A stretch of 56,508 bases of DNA, filler included, from Sphacelaria rigidula (GCA_964200075.2; 6 parts of 6 records of this genome joined end to end with filler, not necessarily neighbours in it); one strand, 5' to 3'. Positions 24,891-37,642 are shown, counted from the whole stretch's first letter. Program-made: numbers and translations. Notes: generated by a model not told the origin, from the letters alone.

Positions 24891-26199
24891 ACTGCAGATT
24901 CGGCGCGATATGGGAAGAAATTGCCCCGCGTATACCCAGCATGTCATCATAATCAGTACTCGCCCGCCAACCCCCCACATAAGTTAGGACCGCGTACAAT
25001 GGATGCTTGCCAAATATATGCCAAAACGGTCAAGAAGGAAATGGTCATACGGCGCACGAGGTTTGGTTTCAGGCTCCATGAAACGCCTCATATAGGCGAC
25101 ATTGGTGGAAACGAACTCAAGCGTGGGAATTCCCAGCTGCTCGTTGTGCTTGGTGTTTTACATGCCGATTTTCGTGTAGATTTTGCATCCCCAAACCAGC
25201 CACAATTTGTTCTTGTTTTCTCGGGGAGGGGGGGGGGGGTGGGCTATCGTTGAAAGAGTCATGCGACGATAGGGTATCCCTGAAAATGTCGTTGAANNNN
25301 NNNNNNTGTTGTGGGGCTCGGGGGTTCCGGAGACGGGTGGGCTGGTGGTGGCGGTGTAGTGCGCGTCGGGTTGGGCGCGTGGCCCCTATCGTTGAAAGAG
25401 TCATGCGACGATAGGGTATCCCTGAAAATGTCGTTGAATAACAGTGCGCTGAATTCAGGAAATATAAGCTAGTTCCATTCGGTTTCCATCCTCTGGAACT
25501 ACAGTAGCAGAGCTGGTAGGCAGCCTAGAAGTATTGACCAATCAGGTGTATAGCGGATTTCACCACTTTTGTATTGAACACCATGCATTCGAACAAATAG
25601 CTGCTCTTGCTTGTTTGCGAGGTACCTTAGGAACGAGCAACGTCGTGAAAGGCCACCTCGTACAGCCATCACGATTTCACTTCCTGGCGGACAGTCTCCG
25701 CTGCTGAAAATGGGAAAAGCCCCTGAAATATTGAGTAGACGCCACGTTTTTTACAAGTTGTATTCCTATGGTGTCAGAGGATCACCCGGGGGGGGGTGTA
25801 ATATCTTATTATGTTCCACGCATGCAGAACGACGCTGCGATAGGAGACGTGCTATTTCGTTGCCTGCCTTAGCCGTTTGACCGTTGACCACGCATCCCTT
25901 GCGGAACGGAGCAATGGAAGGGGTGTTGGATTCTACGAAAAGCAGGGGCTCACAGGTGTGTCTGACGACCCGACCACTCGCGGTGTGTTTGTATTTGGAC
26001 GAAAACAGTGTCGAGTGGTACGAATGAGTACGCCTTGGTGGTACTGAGATAGCTCGAACAAACGTTTCTGCTTTCAACGACGTTTTGGGACAGAATTTCG
26101 AGGAATACACTATCCCCCTTGCCCCCTTCAGAGCGTAGCATCACCGTGTGGTCGATAAACTCCCCTGTTCTCGCGGCCGCTTCCCGTGTATCCTCTCAG

Positions 26200-26340
26200 G
26201 CGGACGAGCCGCCACTGTGTGAGATCGATGTATGGGCCCGTGGTCGGCTCGACGCAAGGGCTGTGTATATCCCGAGCGACGGCTACCACGAGCACGAGGG
26301 CGTCGACGAGAGTGCCAGCGGGTACAACAGCACCTGCGAG
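26200..26340 (+). CDS. Candidate internal exon of an unidentified gene
   Basis: TCCTCTCAG acceptor. GC-rich open frame ADEPPLCEIDVWARGRLDARAVYIPSDGYHEHEGVDESASGYNSTCE. Donor is either AG|GCGCGT (26341) or GTACGT (26345). No family recognised. Confidence 0.35.
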
Positions 26341-26532
26341 GCGCGTACGTACAGTATGGCTACCGTTGACACCCTCTCTCCAGCAACAGTAGTATCGCGT
26401 GTGCTGCTGCGTGCTATGAAGACCGCGCACGTGCGCATCTATTATTCCCCTAATTACCTTGTGTACATACTGGTGAGTGTACAAAAATCAGTCGGTTAGT
26501 CAACCAAGGAATCCACGTATCAATACTGACCG

Positions 26533-26879
26533 GTCGCCCCGGTGGCAGTTGGTAACCTCGAAACCTTCTGACGGTTCGGCCGTGGGTTCGAATCTCGGGG
26601 CGATCTGGGAGGTTTTCTCCAACAATGCCCAACAGTGGAGAGCGACTGTGTCGTGGGTACACAAAATTTGACTTGGTAGGTCGACAAGGGAAAGGGACTG
26701 CTAAACGACTCTCGCGAACACAAAAGAAGGGAGGCACCGCAGAAGGAAGGCGGAGAACGCAAAAAAAAAAAGAAAGACGAAACCTCCTGTGCTGGCCTTC
26801 CTCCTGTGTGGCCCCGGCTGGCGTGTCCACATTTACCGAAAAGTGTAGACCGGCGTCCAGAATTAATGGGACGACAACA

Positions 26880-26956
<77 letters not shown>
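26533..26956 (+). mobile_element. tRNA-derived SINE (family T) with an (AC)n tail
   Basis: Head GTCGCCCCGGTGGCAGTTGGT ... GGTTCGAATCT, a ~350-bp body, then ~37 AC units at 26883-26956. Confidence 0.9.
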
Positions 26957-26958
<2 letters not shown>

Positions 26959-28308
26959 CTGTAAGGATTTTAGCAAGCGGGAAACCCCAGTCGCATAGCA
27001 ACGAGAAAACAGATTGGCCGCACAGAAAGGGGTATAGCGGTCTTGAGCTTGCTCGATATCCGGTTCGCTAGTTGTTCCTCTAGCACAACTGCATTGAAGA
27101 GGTCGTATATGTGATGTGACGTCACAAATTTTCACCGTCACGCCACATTTATGACGTCTTCGAAAAACATACGTCACGTCACGTCACGGCACGGCACGTC
27201 ACGTTGAGTCGCACCGCTGTGACGGGACGTTTGTGGCGTGTAACGTACGTGTGACGTGTAACGTAAAGAGCCCTGGTATTTCCCAACTAGACGGTAGCAT
27301 GGGCGTTGTTCATGCTCACGGTGCCCGCACAATTTGTTATCTTCGGACACCCATTTTACATTTTCACCCGAGATCATGCCGGGGAAAAACTTTGTACACA
27401 CAACGCCCGCATCGGTCGAACCGACAATTTCGTTGCCTCTTCTTGCTCATCAGCCATAGTTCAGCCAGGTCCCCGGCAGTGTAACGGTACGACCTCACTT
27501 ACCACGACGTTGGGGAAAGGTGTGCTTGCTCGGTTCCCGGAGACGCGATTGGATCTTTTTGATCTCCTACAAGTATCTGATTTCCATCCTTAAAAATGTG
27601 GAATCGTGAGAGGCAAAAGAGTCTTTCTCGCGAGAGCCCAAGCGGTGCGGGAGTGTTTTGGTCATGATCCAATCCACGATGCCAACCTTGCATGGCGTGT
27701 GCCGGGGGAGGGAGACGTGTTTATCCCCTCAGACGACGGAATCTACTCGGGGAAGGGAAGGGGGTTTTGAGAGGTGACGGAAAAGCAAGAGGTGGAAACA
27801 GCGACAGAGCCATCCTACGGTGGGGGGGCGGGGGGCGGGAGGGGTATTTTGTTCAGCGAAATAAGGGGTTTGTTTCATGTGTTATCTTGTGGACAGGTGT
27901 GTGCTGTTGATGAGGAGAGCATTTGTACGCAATACGCTGATTGCAACAACGCTTCAAAGTGACTCCTTCGCGCGAGACGAGGCCTAAAGCGCCCTCCCCC
28001 ATGAGGCAGTGTACAAGCCGTGGCTGGCTCCGGTATTGGCGATACCGGAAAAATGAAGCAACTCATTGTCGGCTGTCATCCGAATGCAACGTAATCAGTA
28101 GGCCTCGGGCCGAAAAATCTTAGCAGGATTCAGCTTACCCTTCATGCGACTCGCCGAAGACACCACGGCGCTTCGCGTTTGGTGATTGAGTGCGAGCCTG
28201 GTCCGGCNNNNNNNNNNNNNNNNNNNNNNNNNNNNNNNNNNNNNNNNNNNNTTAATTAATTAANNNNNNNNNNNNNNNNNNNNNNNNNNNNNNNNNNNNN
28301 NNNNNNNG

Positions 28309-29999
28309 ATCCTATCTGAGGGAGAGGGTGCCATCGCTTTCCGCCCCTGGATCAGACCCCCTTGGGACCGTCAGGAGGGATATCCAAACCACAGCTGATA
28401 CGGGTTCTGGATTGAAAAAAACGGCTCGGATGTAGCAAGCGTGTTGCACTACAGTAGTAGTGTTCGACAGCCCCACACCGCGAAACCAGTTCTCAACACA
28501 GCCACGGCGGAGGTGGTCATACAAGGCGTGGTAGCTAGTTCAGACTGGATGAAGCGCCTCGCATGGGCACTACTGGCGAAACAACCCCAAGCGTGGGGCT
28601 AACCCTTACCCCCGTCGTGTGGGTCTGCAGCTTTATCATGGGCCCCCATTTCATCGATTGTAATGTAGTGATGCTGTACTGTGGTGATGGTATCTCTCAT
28701 CAAACTGCTGAGTGATGCTGCGTTTCAAAGATCGCTGGCTTCTGTTGCCGTATTGGATCGTTTCGCCGACGGCGGTCGCCGCCGGCGCAACAGTATGAAG
28801 TCTCTCTCAGATACTCAACAAGAGGCGCTCGAAAACTCGATGACTATTCCAAAGAAGTATATTTTGAGCAGCATGCTTTGTTACGTGTTGCTTACACCCA
28901 GAGTTTGCTCAAAACATGCAGGACAATGAATGACGGCGGCTTTTTTGTTGGACTGCCCATCACCATGATTTCGCTGCCGTGCAGAAACTTCTGGGTTAGG
29001 GGCACATGGTCGCAACCGGTTGCGAATCCCGATCATTTGAACAAAACAAATGAAATTTCGATGGTCCGTTGAGCCTCAATTAAATGTTGAACCTCAAAAA
29101 CGAATCCCAGGCTGTGCCATGCGAAAGCACATTGTTTTCCACTGAATCACCCATACATCAGCATCTATGGGGGCATCAGAGTCTGTACTGATCACACAGA
29201 TTTCACTGATGCCGCAGTCAGATGGAACAACCTTTTCGTGAGATTGGGAGCAGAGCGCTGATTGAGAGTGGCTTTCGTCATTCGCTGATACTAAGCCGAT
29301 GTTTCTTTCCGTTCGTGCTTTTCTTTGCCTATATTACTAGAGTGTGCTTACAGCTACACGTCGATATCCTACTCAGGGATACCAAGGGCCTGAGTGGCAA
29401 GCTACTGCAGAAGGCATATCGGGCCTCGTGGAGGGGCATTTCGGAACTGGAACGATTCAGTCACTAATCGACCGCTTTTCACTCTCAATCGTATCCTCCA
29501 CTCTCAATCCCACGAAAACATTGTTTTGAACAAGTCACCAACCGCCGACACAAGTATGCTGAGTGCATGAACCAGGATACTAAGATCGATCAAATTTACC
29601 GTCTTGTATTGGCTCGATACGACAGTATAGAGGATATGACACGTTCTCGCACAGGCCAGTATGAACAGCCTGGATTCGTTCTTGAGGTTTAACATTTGGG
29701 TGAGGTTGAAGAGGAAATCGAAATTTCATTTCTTTCGTCCAAAAGGCTCGGGATTCGCAACCGGTTGCGACCATGTGATCCTTACCCAGAAATTTCTGTA
29801 CGGCAGCGCAAGCATAATAATGATGAGCAATCCAACAGAAAAACCACCGTCATTGTGCGGCATCTTTTGAGCAGGATCTACCCGCGTCTAAGCGCTACGG
29901 AACACGTAACAAAGAAGTTTTGGATATCCCTCCTGTCGATCCCAAAGGGGGTCTGAACTAGCGACGGAAAGTGCTGGCACCCTCTCCCTCAGATAGGAT
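28309..29999. mobile_element. Long-TIR (foldback/MULE-like) non-autonomous element, asymmetric arms
   Basis: 28309-28389 is the reverse complement of ~29916-29999 (ATCCTATCTGAGGGAGAGGGTGCCA). 28876-29120 is the reverse complement of 29660-29914 (ATGGTCGCAACCGGTTGCGAATCCCGA). About 490 bp extra sits in the left arm. Confidence 0.85.
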
Positions 30000-30099
30000 A
30001 TGTGACAACTGTGGGGGTATTTGGGGAAGATCGCTGCAGCTAAAGCTTGATGCTTTGGAGCACAGCCGTGTGGACATACACTCGTAGTCAGTGTATGGG

Positions 30100-30310
30100 A
30101 TTTGTGCACAGTGGAGGCTGTGAAAGGATTCTACCCGTTTGCCCAGCTGATATGTGAATCGAGGGGCAAGAGGATGAATTTTCAACACTTTCTTCTGCCT
30201 CTCACCAATTGATTACGATGCAGTATGTGGACTTGAACAGCAGAGGATTCTCGCAAATACGTTTTTTTTTCATGCCCAAGATGAGGTACGACCTTTACAA
30301 ATTCAAGACC
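30100..30310 (+). pseudogene. Possible hAT transposase C-terminal dimerisation remnant
   Basis: EDEFSTLSSASHQL.ITMQYVDLNSRGFSQIRFF loosely matches FPxLxxxARxLLxxxxSSAxSERxFS. Confidence 0.2.
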
Positions 30311-32483
30311 TTGCGAAGGTCTGACACTATCGACGATGTGCACGGTAGTGAAGGTCAGCGTCACGTACCTTGCGGCGGGAGCGAGGTGTCCGCCTGTGCT
30401 ACACCACGAGTGACCACGCTACTCTTGGTGTAGAGTTGCGTGTAACTCTAAGCGTACCGTTTCACTGCTGTGCTGTGTGGCGTGCGGCCTGTTGTGTGCT
30501 GCTACTGTCATGTGTGGACAATGCTGTGTGGATCTGCTGCATGTAGCCGAGTATCGTCGACTTGAGTAGGTCCATTATTTGCTCCCGCACGCCGCAGGCA
30601 AAAATATGACGTTACACGACGAAAACGCCTCATTTATATTCGTAAATACAAATTATCAACTCTTCTTTGATGTTGTGAAACCCTAATCTGGACAAGAATA
30701 CTTTTCGATCAGACTGAATACTGGTTATTGTTGGGGCAATCAATTTTCAAAAGAGATTTTCATCTATTTTTGGTGTGCCCTAGCAAACGTGCGGAGAAGG
30801 GAGGATCTAATGATTTGTCACCTCGAGATAAATGGTCCAGGGCACCCCTTGGGAACATATCACTGTACCTCCGGTTGAGGGGCTAGATGAGAGAGGGTAC
30901 GCCATGGTACTCGGTTTGGCCCTGACCTTTTCGGGATAGATGAGTTTTCATAAATGTAGCGCTGTCGGGTTGGCGCCAACACGGTCAAGCCCTATTTCTT
31001 TCTTCGTTGTGGTTACGCTGTGCTGTGGGGTATGGAATTCTTATCTGCTTCTGCAGATAAAATTGTGGTAAATGTCAGGGTAATATTTTGATCACATGCG
31101 AGACCTATGCCGTTGATATCTGCGGCACAGCTGCCGCGCGCGTCAGCCGTGGCTTACCACTCATTATTATCATTATCATTTATTATTATTATTATTAATA
31201 TTATTATTTCCGCACTTTAGCCCGATCTCTCAAACTCGTGGTCACAGACCTAGGGTCGTCTTCCCAATACAGTCCCTGCTGTTCCAGAGAATAGATGTAG
31301 CTCTCATCGTTTCTTCTGAGGCAAAAAAACAACTAAACAGAATATGATCAGATAAAACACAAAGAGAGAGACGTCACGCAGACGTCAAAGGCACATATCA
31401 AAGGTTGATCACATAAACTGCATAACCCACTCCGTGTACGTCGTCTATTCTCTGTTACCCTATTTTCTTTTCAGTTATCGTGGTGTACAACCGCATGGGA
31501 GACAGAGGGAGACGAACTGTTTCCGTCCCGCCCGTTGTGCCCATCTCGCCGTTGCTGCTCACGTACCGGTTCCCGTATCCGCCGCCCTCTGCCTGATAAT
31601 GTGAACTATACGAGGAGAAGGGGACGTGTTGGAGGAGGAGATGAGGGAACTAAATAATGAATGTGGCGTGAAGAAGTTTGGGATACTACATAGTAGCGAG
31701 AAGACGATCAGTATACTAGGAGATAGATTTTGGCCACAGGTGGCGAAGCAAGAAGGGTATCAAATACGTAAAAGGTCCTTGTGAAATGTATGAAAAAAAC
31801 GTTGTGAGCGCCCACATGTTGGGGGTGTCTCTATTAGAAATTGGTGCTCCGTCTCGAACCTGATGGGTGGTCAATGGTCAAATGACTCGAGACAAAAAAC
31901 GATGTGTACCCTCCTCCCCCTCCCCCCCCCCCCCTCTCTCCCGCTGCGGATTTGCTTGCATGCCTCCATTGCAATGAGTCAGCTGACGCTCCCCGAATCA
32001 GATACGACGCTGCCTAGTGCATCAAACGGCCCGCCATTTTCGGCCGCCAATCGGTGGTTTGACTTTCGAAATGCGACGATTCCGTGGGAGGAATACCAAG
32101 GGCTTTCGGAGGATCCTGAAATCTGCCGTCCAAATGCCCGTGACGGTGGAAACGACGCTTTCGGCTACCAAGGTGGGGTACATCAAGTGGCTAACTTCTC
32201 CATTCACTGTGGTGGCGTTTTTTTCCTTTTCGACGTTCGCCGAAAAGCACCCCCCCTCCTTCTTCCGCCATGCACTGCGTAAGTGAGGGAACCAGATCAG
32301 ATTGCGCTGCTTCGCGCTTAGTAATTGACTGCAAGCCTTGCCCGACGGAAACCCGGCGTGCTCCGTCCCGGCTTTGTGTAGACGCGAGATCAATGGTCTT
32401 ATGACTAAGGCATGCAAGATCATGAGTACCCCCCCCCTGCCCCCCCCCCCCACCCCCCCGCCTCCGTGGTAGAAGCACCTGCC

Positions 32484-32950
32484 TGTTGGAAATTATTCCC
32501 TGGCACGGTACTGTCTCACTGGACAGTTAAGCAGAGGCTTGCACTATGGCGGTAAAGCTACTTGCGAGGAGCCAGCGTAGTAAAATCAAAATAGTGGAGT
32601 TCGGCGCTTCTGGCCTAAAAGATCAAACAGCCTCTTTTGCAAGAGAGAGCTGTGGAGGCAAAACTAGGTTGCTGGGGAGAGTGAGAAGCGAGGGTCGAGC
32701 GAGAGCGAGCCTCAATACTTTCCACTCTCTGGACAAAAACCAATGCTGTACGTAAACCAAAAGGATCTTAAAAACGTACCCAATATTATCTCGAAAAAGG
32801 TACAGTGAAACGACACATACGTGGTTTACAGTTTCACCTGAACCGTAACAAATAACATTCAAGTCGTGCCGCTTACACAGTACAGTATCTTTTAGCGGCG
32901 ATTTCAATCACACACAAAGAACTTAGACTGTCCAGTCTAAAATTGCAACA
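32484..32950 (-). repeat. 3' LTR, 467 bp (TGTTG...CAACA)
   Basis: Direct repeat of 37374-37642, with ~19 mismatches in 269 bp by manual count. Adjacent to the PPT. Confidence 0.95.
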
Positions 32951-33149
32951 CTCCCCCGTGATTGACGTGTCGCTATCAAAGAATAATAGTGTACCTTACA
33001 TGCAGTGTGTAGCAGGTAATTTTGACGCAATTCTATATACTGTACGAGTATTACAGGCATCTTACACCTACTCGGGTTCTTTCACCCAATCACATCGAAA
33101 AATCGAACAAAATCAAGTTCCTCGAACTCCGGTGACGATGGTCATCAAC

Positions 33150-33250
33150 ATTTAGCGTTGACGATGATGATCGTGGTTGAGCGTTGACGATGATGATCGA
33201 AGTTGAGCTTCGGTGATGATGATCGAAGTTGAGCGTTGACGATGATGCTG
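33150..33250. repeat. ~26-bp tandem repeat in the copia 3' untranslated region
   Basis: GCGTTGACGATGATGATCG(T/A)(G/A)GTTGA, about 4 copies. Confidence 0.85.
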
Positions 33251-33280
33251 AAAATAAATGTCCTGCCAGATTAGTATCCG

Positions 33281-33956
33281 TTATCTCCCAAATTCGGTTA
33301 TGGCCTTCAGCAGTCTCTGATGTACGATTCTATCACAGCTTTTGGTGAGAAGATCCGCTAATTGTTCCGGAGATCGTACACAGTTTATCCTTAGTCGTCC
33401 GGCTCGAATCATACCTTTTAAATTAAAGAAATGTATCGCCAGGTGTTTCGAGCTGGTGCTGAAGTTGGCGTTTGAAGACAGATGAAGTGCGCCTTGTGAA
33501 TCCGAGTAGATAATCGCGGGCTCAATAGATGACCATCCAAGCTCTCGTATCAGATTGAAGAGATAAGTTCCGAATTTGCCGCATTTCGAAGAGGCAATTA
33601 ACTCGGCTTCTGTCGCTGAAGTGGCTATTATACGTTGTAAGGTCGAAGTATAATGAACTAGCCCGTTAGACAGAAAAAAAAAACGTCCCCGTTTTTGATC
33701 GCACTTTTCCCTGAAGTCCGGTATTACCATAGCTTGTGGTTCTTCTGTCGTTGGGTCGAACGTCTCGAAGCCAGGAGGTTGTCTCCGGAATATTGTTACC
33801 GGTAGCTTGCCGTTCAAGAAAGCAGTGTGTACGTCGGGGGCTAAAATAGGCCATTTTTTTCGCAGTAGCAATTGCCAGTAACAATCGCTGACTTTCCAAC
33901 CTGCAAAATGAAGCGACCTGTTCAACTCCGACAGTGCCTATGTACTGACATACCAT
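33281..33956 (-). pseudogene. copia RT fragment fused to RNase H
   Basis: CRLESQRLLLAIA / DVHTAFLNGKL / QPPGFE is joined directly to IIATSATEAELIA, IYSDSQGAL, SKHLAIHF and QLADLLTK. The YVDD core is absent. Confidence 0.9.
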
Positions 33957-34072
33957 TTCTAGTGCTGCTGCAGCATGTTGATCCCCAGAAGATATGAAAG
34001 CTCACTGGCTTGCCATTTGTTAACGGGTCCAGGAGGATGATGATTGAGACCACCGGCTGAACGCAACCTCCT

Positions 34073-36084
34073 TTAGGCGATAGGCGGCCCTGTAGCCGGT
34101 GATTTGTCCTCCGTGGTGCTGTCCTCTAGCTGAGCTATACCATCGTAAATATTTATGTTGAAGTTGTTGATGTTGTCGTGTTGTTCCTGATCAAACGAGG
34201 ATACGTCGGGTTCCTGGATATCCAATGTCGAAAACCCTTCATCACTGCACGGAGCTCCTCTTCTTACTTGTTCGATGAAAGTGACGTTTCTAGAGCTGGA
34301 TATTTTCCCCGAGTAGCGGTTGTAAATGCGGTACAATGGACTATCGGAATCATACCCTACTAGCACTCCTTCCCAAGCCTTTTCTGCTAACTTACTGTGA
34401 TGACGCTCCCTGTGCACATACACCCTCGAGCCGATTGTCCGCAAGGATGATAGCTTCGGTTGCTTGAAAAACATTCAAAAATATGGTGTATCGCCGCCGA
34501 TGCTCGTGTGCGGTAGGCGATTGATTAAAAAGACCGCAGTTGCAGCAATTCCTCCCCAAAGAAATTTCGGCAATATCGATTCGTTCAGTAGACAACGAGT
34601 AACGTTCAAGATGCTCCGCCCGTCTCTTTCACTGATGCCATTCTCCTGAGGAGTATATGGACTGGTGAACTCTTGGCGGATGCCCGTAGTCTTGCAGTAC
34701 TTCTTAAAATAGTCCGCGATGTATTCACCCCCACGGTCTGACCGCAGACGGTGTACACGGAGTCCTGAAGGAATAGCCAAATCTTGGATGAACCTGCAGA
34801 GCGTAGTGAGGGTCTCATCCTTCGTTTTGATGAAGTAGACTACCTTGAAACGCCAGAAGTGATCCGTAAATTTTGCCATGTAGCGGTAGCCGCCCTGCGC
34901 CATAGGCGTAATTGACCCTGTTAGGTCAGTGCTGACCAATTGCAGTCGTTCCGAAATGTTCGTGGATTCTAGTGTCTTTGGGTGGTCCTGATGTACACTT
35001 TTATTAAGCTTGCACGTTACACAAGGTGACAGTGATCCCTCAAAGTTCACACCTGATTCAGGAATATTGAGTAGACCGCGCATGACCTGCTCCGTGGGAT
35101 GTCCAAGTCGTCTATGCCAAATGTCTACTCCTGTCGTGGTAGTCAAAGCTGTCGGTTCTGCTCCCGCTGTGGCAGACATGGCTGCTGAAATTCTCGGCAT
35201 GTCGTGGTGAATGGCTTCTGCAACGATGGCTGATCCTATGCCCATAGATTCTCCAGACATACTTGTAGCTGTAAATGCTGAGCTGATGTACTGTAACGCT
35301 CCGTTGCTGTCACTGTTGATTGGCACTTTAAACTTTTCGAGGTCGATATGGGACTCGTGAGAAAATATAGTCGAAGCGCCCTTTACAAGAGCTTGCACAG
35401 GGGAGAACAGATGCTTCCCCAAACCTGGGATAATTGCGGCTGGGAGCCGTACAGAACGTTGGTACCCCTCAGAGTCAATGACCACGGTGTTCAGAACTAT
35501 TTTTGCTGTACCGTGCAGTAGATGGCGTCCCGCTGTTAAAATAGTCATCGGTGGATCGAGTTGACCAGCTCGACCATTTCACGTTCGATATCGGGTAGCA
35601 ACTGATCATCCAAAAAATGTCCGGTGCCGCCGCTATCCACTGTCAACTGAAAAGAAATTTGATCGGATGTATCAGTGACTTGTGAACCAGAGAGAAAAGA
35701 ACACCCCATACCGTTTGGTGGTGAGGATGTATCTGTCACTGTCGCAGCTGTTGATGAAGACGTTTCCAAGCCGTTGTTGTTCGATGGTACGGTTGTAGAA
35801 GCTGGGTCGGCGACGGCTGTGTTGGCTTGGCGTTGATGTCCGTTGGAGTTGTTGCAGCCGATGTTGCTGTTGTGGTTGCTCCTACTGTTGTTGTTGCTGC
35901 GGTTGTCACGGTTGTTATTTCGATGGCGGGGGTTTTTACGATGATGATGGTTATTGTTGTTGTTTCCAGCGTTGTAGGCTGCATTCCCGCGGTTCTGTTG
36001 AGATCTACCCTCAGTATCATCATGCTTGTCAGTGTGACGGAAACTGCACCATTTTACAGGCATGTTCCCATTATTTGACTGCAT
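34073..36084 (-). pseudogene. copia protease, integrase and SH3 region (frameshift ~35546, stop at 34475)
   Basis: VDSGGTGH (protease), WHRRLGHP...CVTC (zinc-binding), VSTDLTG, RSDRGGEY, PQENGISER (DDE), RTIGSRVYVH...EGVLVGY (SH3). Confidence 0.93.
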
Positions 36085-37087
36085 TTACGAGCGACAGTCT
36101 CTTGCCTGATGTCCTGGTTTCCCGCAGGTGTAGCAATTTCCACGGAATCTCTGGGGTTGATTAATAGATTTTGACAGTGATGTCACCAGCAGTGACGAAT
36201 CGCGGCCATGCGATTTCCCGGACGTAAATCCCCGCGCCGTGCGATTAGCATACATATTTCGCATTGTTGTTTCGGTGCTCTGAATACTGAGATCTGGATC
36301 ACGCTCCGCATTGTACTTGATGAGGTCATACTCACTTGTTAAACCTTCGATCACTATGTCAGTCAGCCTTTCTTCGGAAATGGCCTCGCCAACGTTGTCC
36401 AGTTCGTCCCGAAGCTGATACACTTTGCTCAAGAAAGTATCAGGGTCTTGCCCTGGTGACATAGTGACGCTGTTACGTTCTCTCATCAACATCCTGATTC
36501 TCTGCTTCGAAGAATTTTGATACTTGGAAATCAAAGCTTCCCATGCACGTTTGCCGTTTGGTCTCTCTAAACCCTTCGGCTGGGAACGCAGCAAATAACT
36601 CGCTGCAGGACCAGTTGTAGACAGATACAAGACGAGGAACAATTGTTGATTGCATCGGTCCCAACTTGCTATCTCACGCGTGTTAGAAACCCGTCTCACA
36701 TGTGACACCACGCTTGGAGAACGAGATTCTCGTGAAAAATGATGGTCTTCTTCGGTAGCTCTAGTCCCACCCACCGCTGGAATCGTCTCGTCCCCCACGA
36801 TTGCCTCCGCCGATGAGAAGTGCGGTCGAACGGACGACTGCTGGCGGGTGGTTTGAGAACGAGTTCTAGCAGGGGTAGGTCTTGTGGCAGCTGGTTGTGG
36901 ACTATCTACCTCAGAAAACTCTTCTTCTAATTCCGCGGGGCGTTCGACCCCGTTAAGGATATCCGCAATCCCCGGATGAGTTAAAAAAATGATAGCGCGC
37001 GTGGAGCGCATCCACTCGACGAACTTTGTACCGTCGAACTTGTTGATGCTCTTGATGAGCTGAGTTACAGATGGCTCTCCCGACATA
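36085..37087 (-). CDS. gag: copia Gag (UBN2-like domain + CCHC knuckle)
   Basis: KFDGTKFVEW, NGKRAWEALISKY, MSPGQDPDTFL, IVIEGLTSEYD, CYTCGKPGHQARDC. Confidence 0.9.
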
Positions 37088-37373
37088 CTTTTCTCTCTTC
37101 GGCTCTTCTGCCTCACGTTACTAATAAAACTAGTCTCTTCACACCTGCAGATCTTTTGAAAGATCAGGGTTCTTGGACTCTTGATTGTCGCTGCTGTGGC
37201 GACCTTGATATGACACCTCCTCACTCGTGCTGACCGATGTAGTCTTGACTCAAAGGCTGACGACCTGAAGACCTAGGTGATCGCGAATCGAAGGCACCTG
37301 TTGACCAGTGTGGTCGCGAACCGAGGCTGATAGCCTGTTAACCGATGTGGTCGCGAATCGAAGGCTCAAAACC

Positions 37374-37642
37374 TGTTGGAAATTATTCGCTGGCACGGCA
37401 GTATCTCACTGGACAGTTAAGCAGAGGCTTACACTGTAGCGGTAAAGCTACTTGCGGGGAGCCAGTGTAGTAAAATCAAGATAGTATAGTTCGGCATTTC
37501 TGGCCTAAAATATCAAACAGCCTCTTTTGCAAGAGAGAGCTGTGGAAGCAAAACTGGGTTGCTGGGGAGAGTGAGAAGCGATGGGCGAGCGAGAGCGAGC
37601 CTCAATACTTTCCACTCTCTGGACAAAAACCAATGCTGTACG
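37374..37642 (-). repeat. 5' LTR (partial)
   Basis: Matches 32484-32752. Followed on the element strand by GGTTTTGAGCC. Confidence 0.95.

Larger units (their letters stand above)
32484..37642 (-). mobile_element. Ty1/copia LTR retrotransposon, internally deleted and non-autonomous, 5' LTR cut by the contig end
   Basis: Two LTRs, a PPT (GGGGGAG on minus, 32951-32957), a PBS-like site, and domain order gag-PR-IN-RT-RH. Confidence 0.96.

Noticed and set aside
24534..25253. 239-aa ORF, and similar ORFs at 26450-27071
   Set aside because: Largely translations of SINE and microsatellite sequence.
25244..25438. Exact 53-bp direct repeat flanking a 10-N gap (25297-25306)
   Set aside because: Best explained as an unmerged scaffold overlap next to a G-run, not a TSD or LTR.
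36082..36087. In-frame TAA between gag and pol suggesting programmed readthrough
   Set aside because: The element has other lesions (TGA at 34475, a frameshift, deletions) and copia usually has a single ORF, so mutation is simpler. Other copies would be needed to test it.
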